A DNA stretch of 63,704 nt, counting the filler, from Mycoplasmatota bacterium (lineage in GTDB: Bacteria; Bacillota_I; Bacilli_A; RF39; UBA660): the NCBI GenBank assembly GCA_012727915.1. It is 12 parts of 12 records of this genome, joined end to end, with 100 filler letters (N's around TTAATTAATTAA, not from the genome) between each part and the next. Parts side by side here need not be neighbours in the genome. Positions count along the whole stretch, not along the records: positions 23,044 to 35,111 come from JAAYGD010000025.1; positions 35,212 to 37,361 come from JAAYGD010000026.1; positions 37,462 to 45,152 come from JAAYGD010000027.1; 9 more parts are not named here. One strand, 5' to 3'. The position numbers were made by a program, and so were the translations under genes. Positions within the stretch are counted from its first letter, which is position 1, and each line of letters starts with the position of its first letter. This document shows, one piece after another, positions 30,840-42,454 of the stretch. Below the pieces are notes generated by a model, which had not been told where the DNA came from, made no database searches, and was given only the letters and a program-made list of their open reading frames with translations.

Positions 30840-32585
30840 ATGAATAGTTTTATTTATTTGCAACAAGAAAAGATAAAAGAAATAATTATTAATTTAGGCT
30901 ACGAAGTTAATAATGTTTTACTATATAAATCTTCAAAACCAGAACTTGGTCAATTTCAATATAATGGTGTTATGGAGATTGCAAAAAAATATAAACTTAA
31001 TCCAATAGAAATTGCAAATAAAATAATATTGGAATTAAATAAATCAAATGATTACCATAATGTTAATATAGCGGGTCCAGGTTTTATTAATATAACTTTT
31101 AATGATAGTATTTTAATAGATTATATGAATATAATTAATAAAGATATCAATATTAATAAAAGCAAATTATTAAATAAAAAGTTATTAATTGATTATGGTG
31201 GTGCTAATGTAGCAAAAGCTTTACATGTAGGGCATTTAAGAAGTGCTATTATAGGTGAAGCACTTAAAAGATTAAGCATAGAATTGGGCTGTAAATCATA
31301 TAGTGATGTTCATCTTGGAGACTGGGGAAGACCTATGGGATTAGTTCTTCTTGAGATAAAAAAAAGATATACAAATTTAAATTATTTTGATGAAAATTAT
31401 AATGGGAAATATGAAGATTGTCCTATTTCTAATGATGATTTGGAAGAAATTTATCCTCTAGCTTCTATTAAATCTAAAGAAGATCCATCTTATATGGAAG
31501 AAGCAAGAATTATTACTTCTTATATTCAAGAAAAAAGAAAAGGATACTATGATTTATGGAAAAAAGTTGTAGAAATATCAAGTAATGATATAAAAAAAAT
31601 ATATGAAAGATTAAATGTATATTTTGATTTTTGGAATGGTGAAAGTAATTCAGATAAATATGTTAATGATTTAATTGATTATTTAAATATAAATAATTAT
31701 TCTAAAGAAAGTGATGGAGCAATAATAATAGATGTATCTAAGGAAGATGATAATGCTCCTATGCCTCCTCTTTTATTAGTTAAATCAAATAATGCTGTAT
31801 CTTATGAAACAACTGATTTAGCAATGATATATGGATATATGAAAGAACTAAAACCTGATGAAATGTGGTATATTACTGATCAAAGACAATCTTTACATTT
31901 TGAACAAGTATTTAGAGCTGCTTATAAATCAAAAATAGTTTCTGAAGATAAAGTATTAGAATTTATTGGTTTTGGTACTATGAATGGAAAAGATGGAAAA
32001 CCATTTAAAACTAGAGATGGTGGAACTATGAAACTACTTGACTTAATAGATATGGTAAAAGAAGAAACATATAAAAATATAGGTTCTAATATACCTGAAG
32101 AAGAAAAAAATTATGTTGCAGAAAAAGTTGCAATAGCATCTTTAAAATATGCTGATTTTTTATCTAATAGGTCATCTGATTACATTTTTGACCCAGTTAA
32201 ATTTACTGATTTAAATGGAAAGACTGGAGCTTATATTTTGTATTCTACTATTAGAATGAAATCATTATTAAATAAAGCTAAAGAATCAAATATTGATTTT
32301 AATAATATTAGTGTACTTTCTGAAATAGATAGAAATATTGTATTAAAATTATTAGAAGTACCAAAAGTATTAGAAGTAGCGTATAATTCAAAATCATTAA
32401 ATTCTATTGCGGATTTCTTATATGAAATATCTAATCTATATAATAATTTATATTCTAATAATAGAATATTAACTGAAGAAAATGACGTTATTAAAGAATC
32501 TAGATTAGTATTAACAGAAATAGTATATAAAACATCTAAAAAATTAATAGATATATTAGGAATAGAAATTCCTAATAAAATATAA
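30840..32585 (+). CDS. argS: Arginine--tRNA ligase
   Basis: AGPGFINI, HVGH, GDWG, KPFKTRDG, DALR-type C-terminal domain. Confidence 0.96.
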   Translation: MNSFIYLQQEKIKEIIINLGYEVNNVLLYKSSKPELGQFQYNGVMEIAKKYKLNPIEIANKIILELNKSNDYHNVNIAGPGFINITFNDSILIDYMNIINKDININKSKLLNKKLLIDYGGANVAKALHVGHLRSAIIGEALKRLSIELGCKSYSDVHLGDWGRPMGLVLLEIKKRYTNLNYFDENYNGKYEDCPISNDDLEEIYPLASIKSKEDPSYMEEARIITSYIQEKRKGYYDLWKKVVEISSNDIKKIYERLNVYFDFWNGESNSDKYVNDLIDYLNINNYSKESDGAIIIDVSKEDDNAPMPPLLLVKSNNAVSYETTDLAMIYGYMKELKPDEMWYITDQRQSLHFEQVFRAAYKSKIVSEDKVLEFIGFGTMNGKDGKPFKTRDGGTMKLLDLIDMVKEETYKNIGSNIPEEEKNYVAEKVAIASLKYADFLSNRSSDYIFDPVKFTDLNGKTGAYILYSTIRMKSLLNKAKESNIDFNNISVLSEIDRNIVLKLLEVPKVLEVAYNSKSLNSIADFLYEISNLYNNLYSNNRILTEENDVIKESRLVLTEIVYKTSKKLIDILGIEIPNKI

Positions 32586-32595
32586 GGATTATATA

Positions 32596-33135
32596 ATGTA
32601 TGAAAAATATTTTAAAAGATTATTTGATATAGTAATATCTATTATATTAATAATTGTTTTATTACCAATAATGTTTTTAACCGCTATAGTTTTACTTATA
32701 AATCTTGGATTACCCATAAGTTATGAAATTAAATCTAGAGAAGGAAAAAACAAAAAAATATTTATAATGTATAAGTTAAGAACTAGAAAAGAATATAAAC
32801 ATAAGTCTTCTAATGAGGCAACGTATACAAAGATATCTTATATGGTTGATAAATTAAGATTAAATGAATTGCCTCAATTATTTAATGTATTAAAAGGAGA
32901 TATGTCATTAGTGGGACCTAGACCTTTTATACCTGGAGATACTTTACCAATAGGAGAAATTAGTTATAAAAGATATTTAGTAAGACCAGGTTTAACTGGG
33001 TTAGCGCAAATTAATTCGCCTAGAACTATATCTCATAAAAAGAAATTAGAATATGATATTATTTATTATGATAATTTATCTTTTAAAAATGATTTAAAAA
33101 TAATATTAAAAACATTTAAAGTAATATTAAAATAG
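32596..33135 (+). CDS. Priming sugar-phosphate transferase (Bac_transf family)
   Basis: KRLFDI, ELPQLFNVLKGDMSLVGPRP, RPGLTGLAQI. Confidence 0.92.
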   Translation: MYEKYFKRLFDIVISIILIIVLLPIMFLTAIVLLINLGLPISYEIKSREGKNKKIFIMYKLRTRKEYKHKSSNEATYTKISYMVDKLRLNELPQLFNVLKGDMSLVGPRPFIPGDTLPIGEISYKRYLVRPGLTGLAQINSPRTISHKKKLEYDIIYYDNLSFKNDLKIILKTFKVILK

Positions 33136-33255
33136 AACTATTTAGTTCTATTTTTTATATCTTTAACAATATTTATATTAAAATTATTATAACATTTTAC
33201 TATTTGTAAATAAATATAATAGAATTTTTATGTTATAATTTATAAAGGTGATGTT

Positions 33256-34959
33256 ATGAGTGTTATAAAGATAATGGATGAAATATTATCTAATAAGATA
33301 GCAGCAGGAGAAGTTGTAGAAAGATGTGTTTCTGTTGTAAAAGAGTTAGTTGAAAATTCTATAGATGCTAGTAGTAAAAAGATTAAAATTGAATTAAAAG
33401 AATCGGGAATTAAAGAAATTAAAGTAACTGATGATGGAACTGGAATGGATAGGGAAGACGCTATTAATGCGTTTGGAAGACATGCTACTAGTAAATTATT
33501 AAATGAAGATGATTTATTTAGAATAGATACTTTAGGTTTTAGAGGTGAAGCATTACCATCAATAGCTTCAGTTTCTGAAGTAATATTAAAAACTAGTACT
33601 GGAGATATAGGTACTGAAGTTACTATTAAAGGTGGTAAACTTATTAATGAGTCAAAAACTGATTCTAGAAAAGGGACTATAATTACAGTAAAAAATATAT
33701 TTTATAATACACCAGCTAGATTGAAACACTTAAAGAGTATATATGCTGAATTAGCGGTTATTACTGATTATGTAGATAAAATGGCTTTGGCTAATCCTTC
33801 AATATCTTTTTCTTTATATAATGATTCTAAGTTATTATTTAATACTGATGGATCTAATGATTTGTTAAAAGTAATAAATGAAGTATATGGATTAAATGTA
33901 TCTAAAAAAATGATTAAAATTGAAGCATCAGATGATGAATATGATATAGAAGGATATATTTCATATCCTGAAGTAACCAAATCAAATAGAAATCATATTA
34001 CTACTTTTGTAAATGGTAGATTAGTAAAAAATTATGAATTAATTAAAGCTATTAATGATAGTTATCATACTTATAAACCTGAAGATAAATATCCTATAGT
34101 TGTATTAAATATAAAAGTTGATTTTAGTTTGGTAGATGTTAATATTCATCCAACAAAACAAGACATTAAATTTGGTAAGATAGAAGAGTTAAAATCTCTA
34201 TTATCTATTTCAATAAAAAAAGCCTTAAATAAGACTCTTTTAATACCAGAGGTAAATACTAAGGTTGAAGATAAAACTATTGAATATGAGGATATAAAGC
34301 TGTCTTTAGAGGATATTTCAGTTAATGAAACTCACAATGAAGAATCTAAAGAAGTATTAATTACTAACAATAAGATGGATATTCCTATGATATATCCAAT
34401 AGGACTAGCAAAAGGTACATATATTATTGCGCAAAACGAATTAGGAATTTACTTAATTGATCAACATGCTGCGAATGAAAGAATAAATTATGAGTATTAT
34501 TTGAAAAAAGTACCATCAAATAAAGATGTACAAAATATGATAATACCTATAACTATAGAACTAACAAAAAAAGAATATATAATTGTAAAAGAAAATATTA
34601 ATATATTAGAAGATTTAGGTTTTGAAGTAGAAGAATTTGGAGAAAATTCATTAATATTTAGAAGTCATCCAGTTTGGTTAAAACAAGATTATGAAGAAGA
34701 ATCAATTAAAAGATTATTAGATCTAATTGTATTAATAGAAAAAGATTTTAACAAAGAAAAATTTATGGAAAATATTGCGATAACTATGAGTTGTAAACTA
34801 AGTATAAAAGCTAATGAAAATATAAGTTTAGATGAAATGGAATTATTAATAAAAAAATTAAGAGCATGTGATAATCCATATACTTGTCCTCATGGAAGAC
34901 CAACTATTATATCTTTTACTAACTATGAATTAGAAAAGTTGTTTAAGAGGGTAATGTAA
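33256..34959 (+). CDS. mutL: DNA mismatch repair endonuclease MutL
   Basis: [38 protein letters not shown]. Confidence 0.98.
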   Translation: MSVIKIMDEILSNKIAAGEVVERCVSVVKELVENSIDASSKKIKIELKESGIKEIKVTDDGTGMDREDAINAFGRHATSKLLNEDDLFRIDTLGFRGEALPSIASVSEVILKTSTGDIGTEVTIKGGKLINESKTDSRKGTIITVKNIFYNTPARLKHLKSIYAELAVITDYVDKMALANPSISFSLYNDSKLLFNTDGSNDLLKVINEVYGLNVSKKMIKIEASDDEYDIEGYISYPEVTKSNRNHITTFVNGRLVKNYELIKAINDSYHTYKPEDKYPIVVLNIKVDFSLVDVNIHPTKQDIKFGKIEELKSLLSISIKKALNKTLLIPEVNTKVEDKTIEYEDIKLSLEDISVNETHNEESKEVLITNNKMDIPMIYPIGLAKGTYIIAQNELGIYLIDQHAANERINYEYYLKKVPSNKDVQNMIIPITIELTKKEYIIVKENINILEDLGFEVEEFGENSLIFRSHPVWLKQDYEEESIKRLLDLIVLIEKDFNKEKFMENIAITMSCKLSIKANENISLDEMELLIKKLRACDNPYTCPHGRPTIISFTNYELEKLFKRVM

Positions 34960-35111
34960 TGATTTTAGTAATTACTGGACCTACTGGAGTAGGTAAGACT
35001 AAATTGAGTTTGGAATTAGCAAGAAAATACAATGCAGAAATTATAAATGCTGATAGTATGCAAATATATAAAGGATTAAATATAGGAACTGCAAAAGTAG
35101 AAGATAATCCA
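34959..35111 (+). CDS. miaA: tRNA dimethylallyltransferase, N-terminal part
   Basis: [24 protein letters not shown]; follows mutL. Confidence 0.95.
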
Positions 35112-35211
35112 NNNNNNNNNNNNNNNNNNNNNNNNNNNNNNNNNNNNNNNNNNNNTTAATTAATTAANNNNNNNNNNNNNNNNNNNNNNNNNNNNNNNNN
35201 NNNNNNNNNNN

Positions 35212-36324
35212 ACTGGTAAAACAGCTGCTTTTGGTTTACCAATTATTGATATGTTAATTAGAGAAAAAAAACTAGATAAAAAAACTAGAGTTTTAATCGT
35301 ATCTCCAACTAGAGAACTTGCTATTCAAATAAGAGATAATATTTTAGATTATTCTCAAGGTACTGATCTTCGTTGTGGAGTTGTCTTAGGTGGAGTAAAT
35401 CAAAGTTCTCAAAAAACAGTATTACAAAGAGGTGTTGATATATTAGTTGCTACTCCTGGAAGATTAGTAGATTTAATTAATCAAAGAATAGCAAATATAA
35501 GTAATGTTGAAATACTAGTATTAGATGAAGCTGATACAATGTTGGATATGGGTTTTATTAGAGATATAAAATTTATTATTGGAAAAACATTAAAAGAAAG
35601 ACAAACACTATTATTTTCCGCAACCATTAATAATGAAGTTAAAGAATTAAGTAAGCAATTTATGAAAGATCCAATTATTATTAAAACAAAAACAGATGAA
35701 GTAACCGCTAATAACATAGAACAAGAATTATATTATGTTGATAGTACTAATAAAGTTAATTTATTATTAGAATTACTATCTACTAAAGAAGAAAAAACTA
35801 CTTTAATATTTACTAGAACTAAACATGGCGCAAATAAATTAGCTGAGAGGTTATCAGAATTTAATCTTAAAACAAGTGTTATTCATGGTAATAAAACACA
35901 ATCTAATAGAGTTAAAGCTTTAAATGATTTTAAAACAGGAAAAACTAAAATAATGATAGCAACAGATATAGCAGCTAGAGGAATAGATATAGTAGATTTA
36001 GGATTAGTTATAAATTATGACATACCTGAAAAAAATGAAATATATATTCATAGAATTGGTAGAACTGCTCGTGCTGGTAAAGAAGGAAAAGCAATTACTC
36101 TTTGTACAAGTGCAGATTTAAATAATATAAAAGATATAGAAAAATTAATTAATCATAAAATTAAAGTAATGAATCATAAATATACAATGGTTTTAAAAGA
36201 AGTTAAACCTCAACAAAAACATCATAATGATACTAAAAAGAAATATCCTAACAATAAACCAAATAACAGTAGCAATTTAAATAAAAAACCTAATAATAAA
36301 AAATATTATAAAGGAAGTAAATGA
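35212..36324 (+). CDS. DEAD-box RNA helicase, 5'-truncated
   Basis: TGKTAAF at contig start, PTRELA, TPGR, DEAD, SAT, ARGID, HRIGRTAR. Confidence 0.95.
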   Translation, partial: TGKTAAFGLPIIDMLIREKKLDKKTRVLIVSPTRELAIQIRDNILDYSQGTDLRCGVVLGGVNQSSQKTVLQRGVDILVATPGRLVDLINQRIANISNVEILVLDEADTMLDMGFIRDIKFIIGKTLKERQTLLFSATINNEVKELSKQFMKDPIIIKTKTDEVTANNIEQELYYVDSTNKVNLLLELLSTKEEKTTLIFTRTKHGANKLAERLSEFNLKTSVIHGNKTQSNRVKALNDFKTGKTKIMIATDIAARGIDIVDLGLVINYDIPEKNEIYIHRIGRTARAGKEGKAITLCTSADLNNIKDIEKLINHKIKVMNHKYTMVLKEVKPQQKHHNDTKKKYPNNKPNNSSNLNKKPNNKKYYKGSK

Positions 36325-36335
36325 TTACTTCCTTT
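36310..36335. terminator. Probable bidirectional terminator between convergent genes
   Basis: AAAGGAAGTAA-ATGA-TTACTTCCTTT. Confidence 0.75.
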
Positions 36336-37211
36336 TTATTTATTGTTATACCAAGGTTTTATTATATGCTCATGAATATTCATATTACCAGAACCAATAC
36401 CCATATTATGATTAATTTTATTGTTTCCATGAAAATCGGATCCCCCACTCATAAATAGATTATGTTTACTACAATAATCTAATAAGAACTTAGTTTGTTC
36501 TTCTGTAAAAGTTGTATAATAACACTCTATTCCATCAAACTCATAATTATTTATAATGTTATCTAATTCATTTACTATTGTTGGAGAATACGCAAATGTA
36601 TGCGCTAAAAAACATAATCCTCCTGATTTATGAACAATATCTATAGCTTTATCTAAACTGGGAAATAAAGAAGATTCATCTACATATAAAGGACTCTTTG
36701 GATTAAATGCTTCATTTCTAGTAAAACCACTTTTACTATCAATAGAACTTTTTTCTAAAAAGAATTTATAATTTTCTGGATATCTTTTTATTTCTTTTAC
36801 TAAATAAGATCTACATGATTCTTTTTTAGGATTAAATACTATATTTTCTTCATTAAATATAACACCTATTTCTTTATATCTTTTTTTTATAAGTTCAAAT
36901 TCTTTTAATTGTTTTTGTTCTGAAATCAATACATTTTGTTTCAATAATTCTTTCATAGTAGGGATATCAAAATCATATCCTAATACTTCAATTACTTCTC
37001 CATTATATGTAGTAGTAATCTCACAACCATTTATTATTTCTCCTTTAAATAAATTACTAACATTAATTTCTTTTAATTCATCATAAGTATCAACTACATC
37101 ATGATCAGTAATAGATATATATTTTAAAGAAAGTTTATTAGCTTCTTCTAATACTTCTTTAACAGTAAAACTGCCATCAGAATAATTTGTATGAATATGT
37201 AAGTCTATCAT
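36336..37211 (-). CDS. PHP-domain phosphoesterase (YciV/TrpH family)
   Basis: DLHIHT..SDG, ITDHD, LAH, GGSDFHG. Confidence 0.9.
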   Translation of the reverse strand: MIDLHIHTNYSDGSFTVKEVLEEANKLSLKYISITDHDVVDTYDELKEINVSNLFKGEIINGCEITTTYNGEVIEVLGYDFDIPTMKELLKQNVLISEQKQLKEFELIKKRYKEIGVIFNEENIVFNPKKESCRSYLVKEIKRYPENYKFFLEKSSIDSKSGFTRNEAFNPKSPLYVDESSLFPSLDKAIDIVHKSGGLCFLAHTFAYSPTIVNELDNIINNYEFDGIECYYTTFTEEQTKFLLDYCSKHNLFMSGGSDFHGNNKINHNMGIGSGNMNIHEHIIKPWYNNK

Positions 37212-37266
37212 TTATATCACCATATAAATTATATCACACATAAAAACAATAATTTTTTAAAAAGTA

Positions 37267-37294
37267 TTGACATAAAAAATATGTTGTGTATAAT
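37267..37294 (+). promoter_or_regulatory. Sigma-A type promoter for a gene beyond the contig end
   Basis: TTGACA-16-TATAAT with extended TG. Confidence 0.7.
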
Positions 37295-37461
37295 TAATTC
37301 TTAGGATATCCGAACATGTTTAGTTCAAACTCAGTCAGATTGTATTATTTTTTATTACTGANNNNNNNNNNNNNNNNNNNNNNNNNNNNNNNNNNNNNNN
37401 NNNNNTTAATTAATTAANNNNNNNNNNNNNNNNNNNNNNNNNNNNNNNNNNNNNNNNNNNN

Positions 37462-39171
37462 AAAGTAATAAATAGAGAACTTAAAAATGTAGTTGGGGAA
37501 TTATACTTTGATAATAATGAATATAAAATTAAAATTGATACTGACAAAATAAGATTAAATATTATTGTTGATAAAGAAAATAGAAATAATGCTATGCCAG
37601 GACATATAGTGTTAGTTGAGCCCTTTAAACAAATAGAAGGTAATAGATATGAAGGTAAAATAATTAAGATATTAGGGCATAAAAACGATCCTGGAATGGA
37701 TATATTACAAATAGTATATGAACATAATATAAATGAAATATTTCCTAAAGAGGTAATAGAAGAAGTAAATAATATTAAGGATGAAGTATTAGAAAAAGAT
37801 TATAAGAATAGAAAAGATTTAAGAAATGATGAAATATTTACTATTGATGGAGATGACGCCAAAGATTTTGATGATGCTGTATCAATAAAAATTCTTGATA
37901 ATGGTAATTATAAATTGGGAGTTCATATCGCGGATGTAAGTAATTATGTTAAACCAGATTCAAAATTAAATGAAGAAGCATTTAATAGAGGTAATAGTGT
38001 TTATTTAATAGATAGAGTAATTCCTATGTTGCCGCATAAATTATCTAATGGTATTTGTTCATTAAATGAGGGCGTAGATAGATTAACTATTACATGTGAT
38101 ATGGAAATTGATACTAAAGGAAAAATAATTAATTATGATATATATGAAAGTGTAATTAATTCTAAAAAAAGAATGACTTATAAAGAAGTAAATAGAATAT
38201 TGGAAAATAATGAATTCATAAGTGGATATGAGAGTTTTATTGATTCTCTTAATAAGATGTTTGAATTATCAAAAATTATTAGAAAATCAAAAATTCAAAA
38301 AGGTTATATTGATTTTGATATAGATGAGCCATATATTGAAGTTGATGAAGCTGGAAAACCAATAGAAATAAAAGTTAGAGATAGAGGTGTTGGAGAAAAG
38401 TTAATAGAAGATTTTATGATTATAACTAACGAAACGATTGCGAGTTATGTATTTTGGTTAAAATATCCATTTATTTATAGAGTACATGGTATTCCAAAAG
38501 AAGAAAAGATAGAAAACTTCCTTTCATTAATTAGAAGTTTAGGACACACCATAAAAGGTAGTACTAAAAACATTACTCCTAAATTTATTCAACAAGTATT
38601 AGATTCATTAAAAGAGAGTGATGATTTTGAAATAATATCTTCTCTAGGGTTAAGATCTATGCAAAAAGCAGTATATAGTCCAGAAAACATTGGACATTTT
38701 GGATTAGCTAGTGAAATATATACTCATTTTACCAGCCCAATTAGAAGATATTCTGATTTGGATATTCATTCTTTATTAAAAGGATATTTAAAAAATAATT
38801 TTGAAAATAAAATGGGTAATTTAAGTATTATTTGTGAACATATATCTACAAAAGAAAGAGATGCTATTGAATGCGAAAGAGATGTAAATGATATGAAGAT
38901 GGCAGAATATATGATGAATCATATTGGAGAAGAATATGAAGGAATGATTTCTGGATTAATTCCATCAGGGATTTTTGTTAGGCTTCCTAATTTAATAGAA
39001 GGTTTTGTTCATGTTAGTGAATTAGGAGAAGATTATTTTGTACTTAATGAAGCTACTCAAATGTTTATTGGTAAAGATAAAGGAAAAAAATATAAATTGG
39101 GAGACAAGTTAAAAGTTAAGGTAGCAAATGCTTCAAAAGAAGAAAGAACCATTGATTTTGATTTAATATAG
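37462..39171 (+). CDS. rnr: Ribonuclease R, 5'-truncated
   Basis: TIDGDDAKDFDDA, HIADV, HFTSPIRRY, C-terminal S1; precedes smpB-ssrA. Confidence 0.96.
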   Translation, partial: KVINRELKNVVGELYFDNNEYKIKIDTDKIRLNIIVDKENRNNAMPGHIVLVEPFKQIEGNRYEGKIIKILGHKNDPGMDILQIVYEHNINEIFPKEVIEEVNNIKDEVLEKDYKNRKDLRNDEIFTIDGDDAKDFDDAVSIKILDNGNYKLGVHIADVSNYVKPDSKLNEEAFNRGNSVYLIDRVIPMLPHKLSNGICSLNEGVDRLTITCDMEIDTKGKIINYDIYESVINSKKRMTYKEVNRILENNEFISGYESFIDSLNKMFELSKIIRKSKIQKGYIDFDIDEPYIEVDEAGKPIEIKVRDRGVGEKLIEDFMIITNETIASYVFWLKYPFIYRVHGIPKEEKIENFLSLIRSLGHTIKGSTKNITPKFIQQVLDSLKESDDFEIISSLGLRSMQKAVYSPENIGHFGLASEIYTHFTSPIRRYSDLDIHSLLKGYLKNNFENKMGNLSIICEHISTKERDAIECERDVNDMKMAEYMMNHIGEEYEGMISGLIPSGIFVRLPNLIEGFVHVSELGEDYFVLNEATQMFIGKDKGKKYKLGDKLKVKVANASKEERTIDFDLI

Positions 39172-39223
39172 AAGCAATAAAGAGTATAATAAATATATGT
39201 TTTAAATAAAGTTGGTGATTAAA

Positions 39224-39652
39224 ATGGAAATTGAAAATAGAAAAGCAAGATTTGATTATTTTATTAGTGATACTTATGAATCAGGTATTGTATTAAAAGG
39301 AACTGAAATTAAATCTATAAGAGAAGGAAAATGTAATTTGAAAGATAGCTACGTAGTAATAAGAAATAATGAAGCTTATCTTTTAAATGCACATATTTCT
39401 GCTTATGAAAAAGGTAACATATTTAATCACGAAGAAACAAGAACAAGAAAATTATTGTTAAATAAAATGGAAATTTTAAAATTAAGTTCAAAAATTAATG
39501 TTGAAGGATATACTCTTATTCCTTTAAAATTATATTTTAAAAATGGAAGAGCTAAACTATTGATTGGGGTAGCTAAAGGAAAAAAAGAATTTGACAAGAG
39601 AGAAACAATAAAGGAAAGAGATGTTGAAAGAGAAATGAGAAAAAACAATTAA
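39224..39652 (+). CDS. smpB: SsrA-binding protein
   Basis: [29 protein letters not shown]. Confidence 0.97.
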   Translation: MEIENRKARFDYFISDTYESGIVLKGTEIKSIREGKCNLKDSYVVIRNNEAYLLNAHISAYEKGNIFNHEETRTRKLLLNKMEILKLSSKINVEGYTLIPLKLYFKNGRAKLLIGVAKGKKEFDKRETIKERDVEREMRKNN

Positions 39653-39691
39653 ATATTGTTTTTTTATTATTTATGATATAATGTCTTACAC

Positions 39692-40033
39692 GGGGCCGTC
39701 TTGGTTTCGACGGGATTGCTGATAATAAAATTGCAAGTCGTAAGGTATGCGTCAAATCCAAAACATTAAATAACTGGAAACAGAAATACAAATCTAGCAT
39801 TCGCTTAATAAGCAGCTAGGCCTTTATCTTCTATTTTCTTATGATGGATTATAAGGGTTCAATAAAATAAGATATATTAATCTATCTTCTAAGTAGGTTA
39901 AAGAATTAATATTAGAATCGTTACTATCATTTTGTTGAATTATAGTAGTAATTAAATAAAAATTCAAATAAGCTTGTAGTAATTTTATTAAAATCATTTT
40001 CGGACATGGGTTCAATTCCCATCGGCTCCACCA
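39692..40033 (+). ncRNA. ssrA: tmRNA; tag reading frame (A)GNRNTNLAFA** at 39776-39811
   Basis: 5' GGGGCCGTCTTGGTTTCGACGGG, 3' GACATGGGTTCAATTCCCATCGGCTCCACCA, ATAACT resume context, extended -10 upstream, directly after smpB. Confidence 0.96.
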
Positions 40034-40055
40034 TTTATAATAAAAAGAGGAATTT

Positions 40056-40544
40056 ATGAAACAGTTTCAAAAACTATATGAAGAAAATATAATATTAGAT
40101 AATATATTTGATTTACTTTATAATAATAAAGATAAAGAAATTATTGAAAAAAACATTTTAGAGTTATTAGTGGAATTAGGAGAATTAGCTAATGAAACTA
40201 GATGTTTTAAATATTGGTCAGATAAAGAACCTAGTAAAAAAGAAGTGATAATGGATGAATATGCAGACTGTTTAATAATGGTTTTGCATTTTTGTAATAT
40301 GGCTAACATTAAATTAGATGATAAATTTGAAATTGTATATGAAAAAAATATCGTAAAACAATTTAAAGATTTATATAAATTAGTATCTAAATTAAATAGT
40401 GAATTTGATGTTAATGTTATCAAATTAATATTGTCTAATCTAATTAATTTGGGAAAACTATTAGGATTTACTGATGAAGATATAATTGAAGGTTCTATTA
40501 AAAAAATTAATAGAAATAAAGAAAGATTTAATACAGGATTTTAA
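40056..40544 (+). CDS. Dimeric all-alpha dUTPase (dUTPase_2 family)
   Basis: VELGELANETRCFKYWS, EYAD. Confidence 0.88.
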   Translation: MKQFQKLYEENIILDNIFDLLYNNKDKEIIEKNILELLVELGELANETRCFKYWSDKEPSKKEVIMDEYADCLIMVLHFCNMANIKLDDKFEIVYEKNIVKQFKDLYKLVSKLNSEFDVNVIKLILSNLINLGKLLGFTDEDIIEGSIKKINRNKERFNTGF

Positions 40545-40615
40545 AAACTCATATAGAGTTTTTTTATTAGAGGGAAATAATTAATAATGATTAATATAAT
40601 AACAGAGGAGATTAT

Positions 40616-42433
40616 ATGGAAACATTACTAATTAATTCAATATTTAAATCATATGATAGAGAAGTATTAAATAATATTAATTGTAAGTTTTTTAAAGGAG
40701 AAATCGTATCTATTCTTGGAGAAAGTGGGTGTGGAAAAAGTACATTATTAAATATTATTGGAGGATTAGATAAAGATTATAAGGGGGAAGTATTATTTGA
40801 AGGTAATAATATAAAAGATAATACTGATCTTTTTAGAAGAAAAAATGTTGGATTTGTTTTTCAAAATTGTAATTTAATTCCTTACTTAAATATAATGGAC
40901 AATGTCGCACTACCTTTATCATTTTATAATGAAAGTTTTTCTTTAAGAAGAAAAAAAGCATTTAATATTTTAAAGAAGTTAGGATTGGAAAATCATTTAT
41001 ATAAAAAACCAAATGAAATATCTGGAGGTCAAAAACAAAAAGTAGCGATCGCTAGAGCCTTAATAAATAATCCTAAAATATTAATTTGTGATGAACCTAC
41101 GGGATCATTAGATTCTGAAAGTACTAAGGAAATATTAAACATATTTATAGATATTGCTAAAATGGGTAAAATTATTATTATTGCAACTCATTCTAATGTT
41201 GTATCTAGTATTAGTCATAGAATTATTAGGTTAAAAGATGGGAATATAGAAAACGAAGAAATATTAAGTGATTTTATTGAGTATTACGAAGAAAAGCCAG
41301 TAATTAGAAAAAGTAAAAAAATATCATTATTATCGAATATATTGTTATCAATAAACAATCTTAAATCAAAAAAGTTAAGAACCATTTTAATATCAATAGG
41401 TACTTCTATTGGATTAATAGGTTTAACTGTGATGCTATCTTTAAGTAATAGTGTAAAAAAATATATAAATGATATTATAGGAGAGGTTAATTCAAATAAT
41501 ATAGTAGATATTTATAATGAAAAACAAGATAATGTCAATGTTTCAAAACCTTTTAGTGGTATGCAAATAGATAAAATAAAAGAAAATAAACTAATAAATA
41601 ATATATCTTTTGGTTATTATAATAAAGATAAGTTTTCATTATTATATAAAGAAAATAATTATAATTTTGATACTTTAAAAACATATTCATCACAAATGAA
41701 TAAAAATCTTTTAGTTTATGGAAATTTTCCTAAATCTAATCAAGTATTGGTTAATAATAATTTTATAAACAAAATAAAAGATAATATAATAGGTAATAAT
41801 ATAGTTTTTGAAAGCAATACATATACTGTATCTGGTGTATATGAAGATGGAATGGCAGAAGATATTATATACTTTATCTATGAAGATATTGATAATATGT
41901 ATAATATAAAACCTAACATATTATATTTGGAAACTAGTAATTCTAATAAATTAAAAAAAGAAATTGTAGAAGAAGGATATTATTTATCATATTTGGAAGA
42001 TTCTTTAATAATTTTTAATGATGCTTTTGATTTGTTTAAATATATATTAACTTTTATATCTGTACTTTCATTAATAATATCTGTTATTATGATTATGGTT
42101 ACATTATATATAAGCGTTTTAGAGAGAACAAAAGAAATAGGTATTTTAAGAGCAATTGGTTGGAGTATAAAGGAAGTAAAAAAATTATTTATATTTGAAG
42201 GAATTACTTATGGGATAATATCATCATTTATATCCATTGTTATTTCGTTTTTTCTTTTGTTAATTGGGGATAAATTACTTTATAATTATTTTGATTTAAG
42301 AACAAATAGTATTAATATTAATTATTTTATATATATATTTATAATTAGTATGTTTATGGGTTTAATATCTAGTTATTTACCATCCAAAAAAACATCAAAA
42401 ATAAATATAATAGATTCTTTGAGATATGAATAA
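40616..42433 (+). CDS. MacB-like fused ABC ATPase/permease
   Basis: GESGCGKS, SGGQKQ, DEPTGSLD, ERTKEIGILRAIG, ends LRYE. Confidence 0.92.
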   Translation: METLLINSIFKSYDREVLNNINCKFFKGEIVSILGESGCGKSTLLNIIGGLDKDYKGEVLFEGNNIKDNTDLFRRKNVGFVFQNCNLIPYLNIMDNVALPLSFYNESFSLRRKKAFNILKKLGLENHLYKKPNEISGGQKQKVAIARALINNPKILICDEPTGSLDSESTKEILNIFIDIAKMGKIIIIATHSNVVSSISHRIIRLKDGNIENEEILSDFIEYYEEKPVIRKSKKISLLSNILLSINNLKSKKLRTILISIGTSIGLIGLTVMLSLSNSVKKYINDIIGEVNSNNIVDIYNEKQDNVNVSKPFSGMQIDKIKENKLINNISFGYYNKDKFSLLYKENNYNFDTLKTYSSQMNKNLLVYGNFPKSNQVLVNNNFINKIKDNIIGNNIVFESNTYTVSGVYEDGMAEDIIYFIYEDIDNMYNIKPNILYLETSNSNKLKKEIVEEGYYLSYLEDSLIIFNDAFDLFKYILTFISVLSLIISVIMIMVTLYISVLERTKEIGILRAIGWSIKEVKKLFIFEGITYGIISSFISIVISFFLLLIGDKLLYNYFDLRTNSININYFIYIFIISMFMGLISSYLPSKKTSKINIIDSLRYE

Positions 42434-42454
42434 AGTTTGTTATAATTATATAGA

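Noticed and set aside
37295..37361. Possible structured leader or small RNA after a strong promoter
   Set aside because: Only 67 nt before the contig end; no recognisable riboswitch or T-box motif
39573..39800. Minus-strand 75-aa ORF
   Set aside because: Overlaps smpB and tmRNA on the opposite strand
5637..40544. dCMP deaminase, NDT, dUTPase, DEDDh and deaminase as a nucleotide-depletion defence system
   Set aside because: Scattered over different contigs among housekeeping genes; ordinary salvage roles suffice
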